A DNA stretch of 20,000 nucleotides from the sequence record SRR20825019_647; one strand, 5' to 3'. A program made the translations under genes and the position numbers. Each line of letters opens with the position of its first letter. Within the stretch, counting starts at the first letter, position 1. Below are positions 15,163 to 20,000 of this stretch, piece after piece. The notes beneath the pieces are model-generated. The model ran no database searches. It was not told the origin of the DNA and saw nothing but the letters and a program-made list of their open reading frames with translations.

Positions 15163-16533
15163 ATGAATACCCCGCTTTTCCCGACTCGCACCCTCTACGC
15201 TCCCGGCCATTTCGGAAATGGTTACGAAATGATGGGGGATAACGAATTTCGCCGCCTGCTGACCGAGTGGAAGCGTTGGGGGTTTAACGAATATTCCGAC
15301 TGGTTTGATCCCGTGAATTGTGAGGATCCCTACACGAGCTTTCTCTACGATTTTGGCAATGCCCAGGTCGATGCGAAGAAACGCCGGTTTGCAATCGCTC
15401 AGAAAATGGGACTGCCCTGCGTCCTGTTGATCACCCCCAACATGGTGTTTCAGAAGCAATGTCTGCCCGAAGTCGAGGCGGTGAAAACGGAGCGGATTTT
15501 CGGCCAGTTGGTTTGTCCCTCGAAACCCGCCGGCCGGGAGATTATTCTACGCAATCATGAGAACTGGTTTCGCGATTTGGCGGAAGCAGGCGTCTCTTTG
15601 CATGCGCTCACCGCTTGCCCGTATGATTTCGGCGGCTGTGCCTGTGACGATTGCCGTCCGTGGATCATCACATTTGCGGAACTCTGTCGCGAGCTGCATG
15701 CGATTGCGGAAAAATACCATCCGGGAATCGAGATGCGGATGGTGGGGTGGTGGTGGGAAGCCGAGGAGCATCGGTTGTTCGCCGACTGGGCTGATGCTCA
15801 TGCGCCGGGTTGGGTGAAGAGTCTGGCCCAGCATATTCCCTATACCGATTGCGATGTGGCCGACGTGCCCCTGCCGAAAGGGTGTGAACGTCAGGCCTTC
15901 ATTCACATTTGCTATGCCGAGGAAGCCGAACCGCGCGATGTCTATGGCCATCTCGGACCGATGATCGCGGCGGACCGATTGGAACGGACCTTGCAGGCGC
16001 TTCACGCCCGCGGCTGCACCGGCTGGATGGCGTATACCGAAGGCATTTATGACGATGTGAACAAGGCGCTCGTCGCGCAGCTTTCAGCGGGGAATCATGC
16101 CACCGCCGATGAGGTGCTGACCGAGTATGTCCGTGACTATCTGGGAGCCGATCAGGATAGTGCTTCCGATTGGGTGACGTGGCTACGGGCTTGGGGGATT
16201 CCCTATGATGTGGATCCTCAGGAGGCAGGCGAACAGCTGGCCAAACTCCTCGAGTCTGGGGATGCCTCACCGCTAACCTCGTGGCGGATCAAACAATGGG
16301 ATTGCAAGACACGCCTCCTCGCAAAAAGCGCGGCGGTGATGGCAACGGCCCCCGAGACCCCCGCACGCGAACAGGCCATCGAAGCTTACTGGACGGTTCA
16401 CGAGGAATTGTCCCGAGAGGTGTATCGCCTGGGCCTTTTGCGTGTGATTTTCGGTCGACCGTCCTCACCGTGTCCCTGGATGAAGAAAGCGCCACTCCCA
16501 CCTCAGGCCGATGCCATTGAGCAGATTCGCTAG
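15163..16533 (+). CDS. Hypothetical Cys/Trp-rich cytoplasmic protein, paralog A (possibly glycoside hydrolase-like TIM barrel)
   Basis: ATG 15163 aligns with the paralog B start. WKRWGFNEYSDWF, CPYDFGGCACDDCRPW, GWMAYTEGIYDDVNK. Confidence 0.8.
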   Translation: MNTPLFPTRTLYAPGHFGNGYEMMGDNEFRRLLTEWKRWGFNEYSDWFDPVNCEDPYTSFLYDFGNAQVDAKKRRFAIAQKMGLPCVLLITPNMVFQKQCLPEVEAVKTERIFGQLVCPSKPAGREIILRNHENWFRDLAEAGVSLHALTACPYDFGGCACDDCRPWIITFAELCRELHAIAEKYHPGIEMRMVGWWWEAEEHRLFADWADAHAPGWVKSLAQHIPYTDCDVADVPLPKGCERQAFIHICYAEEAEPRDVYGHLGPMIAADRLERTLQALHARGCTGWMAYTEGIYDDVNKALVAQLSAGNHATADEVLTEYVRDYLGADQDSASDWVTWLRAWGIPYDVDPQEAGEQLAKLLESGDASPLTSWRIKQWDCKTRLLAKSAAVMATAPETPAREQAIEAYWTVHEELSREVYRLGLLRVIFGRPSSPCPWMKKAPLPPQADAIEQIR

Positions 16534-16544
16534 AACCCCTTCTC

Positions 16545-17897
16545 ATGTCCACTCTACCCCTTTTTGAAACAAGGACCCTCTACGCTCCCGGACACTTCGC
16601 CAACAGTTACGAAGTGATGGGCGATAACGAATACCGTGCACGGCTCACCGAGTGGAAAGCATGGGGCTTCAACGAATACGCGACGTGGTTCAATCCGGCC
16701 AATTGTGCCGACCCCTACGTCGAGCCGCTCTACGAATTGGGCCAAGCTCATCGCGTTTCCATCAAGCAGCATTTCCTGATCGCCCAAGAAGTGGGACTGC
16801 CCTGCGTGCTGTTGATTACACCCAATGTTGTATTTCAGGAACAGTGCCAGCCGGAGGTCGAGGCGACAAAATCGGAGCGTATTTTCGGTCAACTGGTCTG
16901 CCCCTCCAATCCGTCCGGTCGCGAGATTATCCTGCGCAATCATGAGAACTGGTTGCGCGATCTGGCGGAGGCCGGCGTGAAGCTTCACGCCCTGACCGGA
17001 TGTCCGTATGATAACGGCGGTTGCGCCTGCGATTCGTGCACTCCGTGGATGGTGACCTTCGGCGAACTCTGCCGTGAGATCCATGCAATCGCGGAAAAGT
17101 ATCATCCGGGTATCGAGATGAGGATGGTGGGCTGGTGGTGGCAACCGGAAGAACACCGGGTCTTCGCCAATTGGGCCGATACGCATGCGCCCGGATGGGT
17201 GAAAAGTATCACGCAGCACATTCCCTACGAAGACGACGATGTCGCCGATGTTCCCCTGCCGAAGGGCTGCACCCGCCAGGCATTCATTCATATCAGTTAT
17301 GCCGAAGCGTCGGAGCCGCGCGATTCCTACGCGCATCTTGGTCCCGTGATCGCGGCGGAACGATTAGGTCGCACTGTCAAGGCATTGCGCGACCGCGGCT
17401 GCACCGGATGGATGTCGTATTCGGAAGGCGTCTTCGACGATGTGAACAAACGCGTGCTGGCCAACTTATCCGCCGGTATGCGCGACAACTCACAGGATGT
17501 GTTGCGCGATTACGTGAGTGAATACCTCACACCCGGGACGACGCGACCCGACGACTGGGTTGCATGGTTGCAGAAATGGGGCTGGCCTTTTGACAACGAT
17601 ACGGCGCAGGCGCGACGTGACCTCGAATCGTTGATCGCGGAAGCCGCGACCGATGATTGGCGCTTCCGACATTGGCAGTTGAAGAGCGAACTGATGCACG
17701 AACACACGCTCGTGAAAGTCGCAGGTGCGGAGAGCCCGGCCGGCCGCGAGGCGATTGCACGCTTCTGGGCCGTGCACGAAAAAATCATGCGCGGCGTCTA
17801 TGGTCTTGGTCCGCAACGCCACGGCTTCGCCAAGTATTTCTCCCCCGTCTTTTGGCAGAAAACCGAACGCAACAAAATTTGGGCGAAGGATGCGTGA
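16545..17897 (+). CDS. Hypothetical Cys/Trp-rich cytoplasmic protein, paralog B
   Basis: 11 nt after the paralog A stop; colinear with A (RTLYAPGHF, ERIFGQLVCPS, CPYDNGGCACDSC, AEKYHPGIEMRMVGWWW, DVADVPLPKGC). Confidence 0.8.
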   Translation: MSTLPLFETRTLYAPGHFANSYEVMGDNEYRARLTEWKAWGFNEYATWFNPANCADPYVEPLYELGQAHRVSIKQHFLIAQEVGLPCVLLITPNVVFQEQCQPEVEATKSERIFGQLVCPSNPSGREIILRNHENWLRDLAEAGVKLHALTGCPYDNGGCACDSCTPWMVTFGELCREIHAIAEKYHPGIEMRMVGWWWQPEEHRVFANWADTHAPGWVKSITQHIPYEDDDVADVPLPKGCTRQAFIHISYAEASEPRDSYAHLGPVIAAERLGRTVKALRDRGCTGWMSYSEGVFDDVNKRVLANLSAGMRDNSQDVLRDYVSEYLTPGTTRPDDWVAWLQKWGWPFDNDTAQARRDLESLIAEAATDDWRFRHWQLKSELMHEHTLVKVAGAESPAGREAIARFWAVHEKIMRGVYGLGPQRHGFAKYFSPVFWQKTERNKIWAKDA

Positions 17898-18009
17898 GGG
17901 GGTGAACCCTGAACCGGCTCGAATCCTGATTCGTAGAGCTGAAATTTATCCCTCAGAACTAGGCGTGTGCGGTTGCGGCGAAGGTCAATGCCTCGCGCTA
18001 TTCACATGA

Positions 18010-18048
18010 TGCAGCCCTTGCCGAAAATAGGATTCGGCAAGGGCTGCA
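18010..18048. terminator. Perfect 16-bp hairpin between convergent genes (bidirectional terminator or REP-like)
   Basis: tgcagcccttgccgaa - aatagga - ttcggcaagggctgca; no poly-T tail on either side. Confidence 0.6.
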
Positions 18049-18068
18049 GCTGCTTCTGAGCGAGAGGC

Positions 18069-18533
18069 TTATTGTTTCCAGTAACCTTCGTAAAAACGAT
18101 AGCCGGTGCCTTCCTTCTCGGTATGAGGAGGGACCCAAGTAGCTCCGGGAGATTCGGGGAGAGCCCAATGGCTGGGCATCCATTCGTAGCGGCTATTGCG
18201 CCAGGTCCAGTAACCTTCGATCCAGACATGAGCCGCGGTCGGCTGATCTGGTCGGGCGACGACGACATTCTGTCTGGGAGGAGGAGGGGCCTGCGTGACA
18301 ATGACCGTGTTTTGTCCCGGTGTGTTGGCCGACGTGACGACGACGGGTTGACTGTTCGCCGTGGTGGTGGTGGCTACCGTGGAGGTAGGTTCTGCCGGGG
18401 GAGGTGATGACAAGACATGTGATTCCGGTTGGGTGGCGCAACCGCCGAGAAAGCCCAATGCACCACAGGCCAAGATGATTTCAGAGGTGATAAACGACTT
18501 CCTGGCGCTGGGTATTTTTTGGTTTGTTTTCAT
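18069..18533 (-). CDS. YXWGXW/WXXGXW-repeat lipoprotein
   Basis: Lipobox-like FLGGC after a hydrophobic stretch; Pro/Thr-rich linker; WIEGYW..W..RYEWMPSHW..P..GATWVPPH..FYEGYW repeats. Confidence 0.85.
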   Translation of the reverse strand: MKTNQKIPSARKSFITSEIILACGALGFLGGCATQPESHVLSSPPPAEPTSTVATTTTANSQPVVVTSANTPGQNTVIVTQAPPPPRQNVVVARPDQPTAAHVWIEGYWTWRNSRYEWMPSHWALPESPGATWVPPHTEKEGTGYRFYEGYWKQ

Positions 18534-18689
18534 CTTACTTCAGACCGAGGAATGTCGGGGTGGTTCCTTGCCGGAGGTCTCAATCACTTTGTTAATGCCT
18601 GTGATAATCCTCGTATTTTTGAGAGACATTTTGGTTTTTATTGAAACGATTTTCTCTGTTCCCTTCGCACCACTTTTTAGAAAACACTT

Positions 18690-19595
18690 ATGGTGATGAC
18701 ACCTGCATGGATAGAGGATCGGTTTCCGGCGGGGAAGATTACGCCCGTGATGGCGGGTTGGTCTCATGATAATAAATATCGGATCGAGGAGAATGGTTGC
18801 GCCGGTTTGCTCCGCGTTTCGCCAGTAGCGGACAACCCGAGAAAGCAGTATGAATTTTCTCAGCTCGCACGATTGAACGAATTGACCGATGCTTTTCCAC
18901 AGACGATTGAGCACGGGTTGTCCCCCGATGGTGAACAGTGTTTCGTGCTCTATGAATGGATTGAAGGCACCGAAGCAGGAATGGTATTTCCTGCGCTGAC
19001 CGCTGAGCAGCAATGGCAACATGGAGTCACCGCTGGGAAGCTGATGAGGATGATCCACGATTTACCGCAGGCCAAGGTCGTCGATTCGTATGCGGTGATT
19101 TCTGAGAAGATGGGAATTCGGCGCCAGCAGATGCGCGATCTCAGTCTGGAGTTTCCAGGATACGAAACGATGATCGAATTTCTTGAGCGTAATCTGCCGT
19201 TACTGAAGAAAGCCGGGACCACCTTTCAACACGGCGATTTCCATTTGGGAAACATGCTGATCGATCCGAAAGGACAGCTGCGGGTGATTGATTTTAATCG
19301 CTCCAATTTAGGTGATCCGATGGAAGACTTTAATCAGATGTTCACCTTCTCTCGACAAGAGAGCATCCCTTTTGCGCGAGGACAGCTTAGAGGCTATTTC
19401 GGCGATGCTATTCCCGATTCATTTTATAACCACGCCCTCTGCTATATTGTGATGAACTGTGCCTTCGGTTTGGTCTGGGCCCGGCAATTCGGTGAAAAGG
19501 AAATGTCTGTGCAGCACGCCCTGGTCGAGCAGATCATGACTGACTTTGATGGGTTACGATTAACGTGCCCGAAATGGATGAAGTCGAAAGATTAG
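18690..19595 (+). CDS. Aminoglycoside phosphotransferase (APH)/choline kinase-like family protein
   Basis: GWSHDNKY P-loop, YEWIEG hinge, Brenner motif HGDFHLGN, IDFN, GDP. Confidence 0.88.
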   Translation: MVMTPAWIEDRFPAGKITPVMAGWSHDNKYRIEENGCAGLLRVSPVADNPRKQYEFSQLARLNELTDAFPQTIEHGLSPDGEQCFVLYEWIEGTEAGMVFPALTAEQQWQHGVTAGKLMRMIHDLPQAKVVDSYAVISEKMGIRRQQMRDLSLEFPGYETMIEFLERNLPLLKKAGTTFQHGDFHLGNMLIDPKGQLRVIDFNRSNLGDPMEDFNQMFTFSRQESIPFARGQLRGYFGDAIPDSFYNHALCYIVMNCAFGLVWARQFGEKEMSVQHALVEQIMTDFDGLRLTCPKWMKSKD

Positions 19596-19613
19596 GTAGC
19601 GTCGTGATTTTCA

Positions 19614-20000
19614 TCAGGCCATTACAAATGGTTCTCTGCTCGGGAGGATCACGCTCATCTGTCCGTTCTCGGCTGAGAGCTTCGGTGGCTGCCAACCGCC
19701 GGCGACGTCGCCCCAGAAGATCCATGTTTGTTCGGCGGAGTCCGTGGTGAGTGTGTTTTCGCATCTGAGGGTGAGTGGACCGCGCGAGCCATCGTGACGG
19801 ATGAGATCAGATGGCGAGATGGCGGTGTGACTCGCACCGATCCAGAGCGCGTGTTGACCGTCGCTCAAGCGAGCCCAGCCGTCGACGAAGGCCCACGCTA
19901 AATGGGCACCCCCGAGCCAGTGATTCACGACGATTGTGCCCGCTTCGAGACCGGTAAATTGATCGCGCACGATCACAAGCGGGTTGTCGTCTTCGGATAC
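19614..20000 (-). CDS. C-terminal part of a hypothetical protein, truncated by the window edge
   Basis: Frame is open from base 20000 (VSEDDNPLVIVRD...) to stop 19614; beta-rich, Trp-containing; converges on the APH gene with an 18-nt gap. Confidence 0.6.
   Translation of the reverse strand, partial: VSEDDNPLVIVRDQFTGLEAGTIVVNHWLGGAHLAWAFVDGWARLSDGQHALWIGASHTAISPSDLIRHDGSRGPLTLRCENTLTTDSAEQTWIFWGDVAGGWQPPKLSAENGQMSVILPSREPFVMA

Noticed and set aside
15043-15459. 5' part of ORF 14695..15459 and its similarity to antisense ORFs 16554..17336 and 15547..16005
   Set aside because: These antisense ORFs resemble each other only because the sense-strand paralogs are duplicated.
15630-15654. CACDDC as a radical-SAM or heme-binding motif
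   Set aside because: Spacing is CxCxxC, not CxxxCxxC or CxxCH.
18540-19058. 172-aa - strand ORF
   Set aside because: Antisense to the APH gene plus intergenic sequence; no recognisable features.
1-20000. CRISPR array, tRNA/rRNA, IS element or prophage
   Set aside because: No regularly spaced repeats, cloverleaf, transposase, integrase or phage genes were seen.

Overview
GC-rich bacterial DNA, gene-dense, with no rRNA, tRNA, CRISPR array, integrase or transposase that I could see. Pyrimidine-rich SD-less start contexts, a YXWGXW lipoprotein and many signal-less carbohydrate-type enzymes suggest a PVC-group organism, possibly Opitutae (inference). Layout: (1) + strand block: 5'-truncated AraC regulator, a PhyH-family Fe(II)/2OG oxygenase whose HxD iron motif reads HNG (halogenase-like), a DegT-type PLP aminotransferase and a ceramidase-like amidohydrolase; (2) an AbrB/VapC toxin-antitoxin pair between REP-like palindromes; (3) a long - strand run, read from right to left: possible small leader ORF, Gly-zipper membrane protein, CPA2 antiporter with two TrkA-C domains, exported LapG-like transglutaminase, CHASE3-PAS membrane protein with no output domain, lone receiver, Asp-box propeller, core MetE-like enzyme, GmhA-like SIS protein and ROK kinase; (4) two tandem Cys-rich paralogs of unknown function; (5) YXWGXW lipoprotein, a lower-GC APH-family kinase and a truncated hypothetical gene. 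Best novelty candidates: the transglutaminase/CHASE3-PAS/receiver triad (possible inside-out signalling to a periplasmic protease), the HxG oxygenase cluster, and the tandem CxCxxC paralogs. All family calls come from motif recognition by eye, with no database searches.
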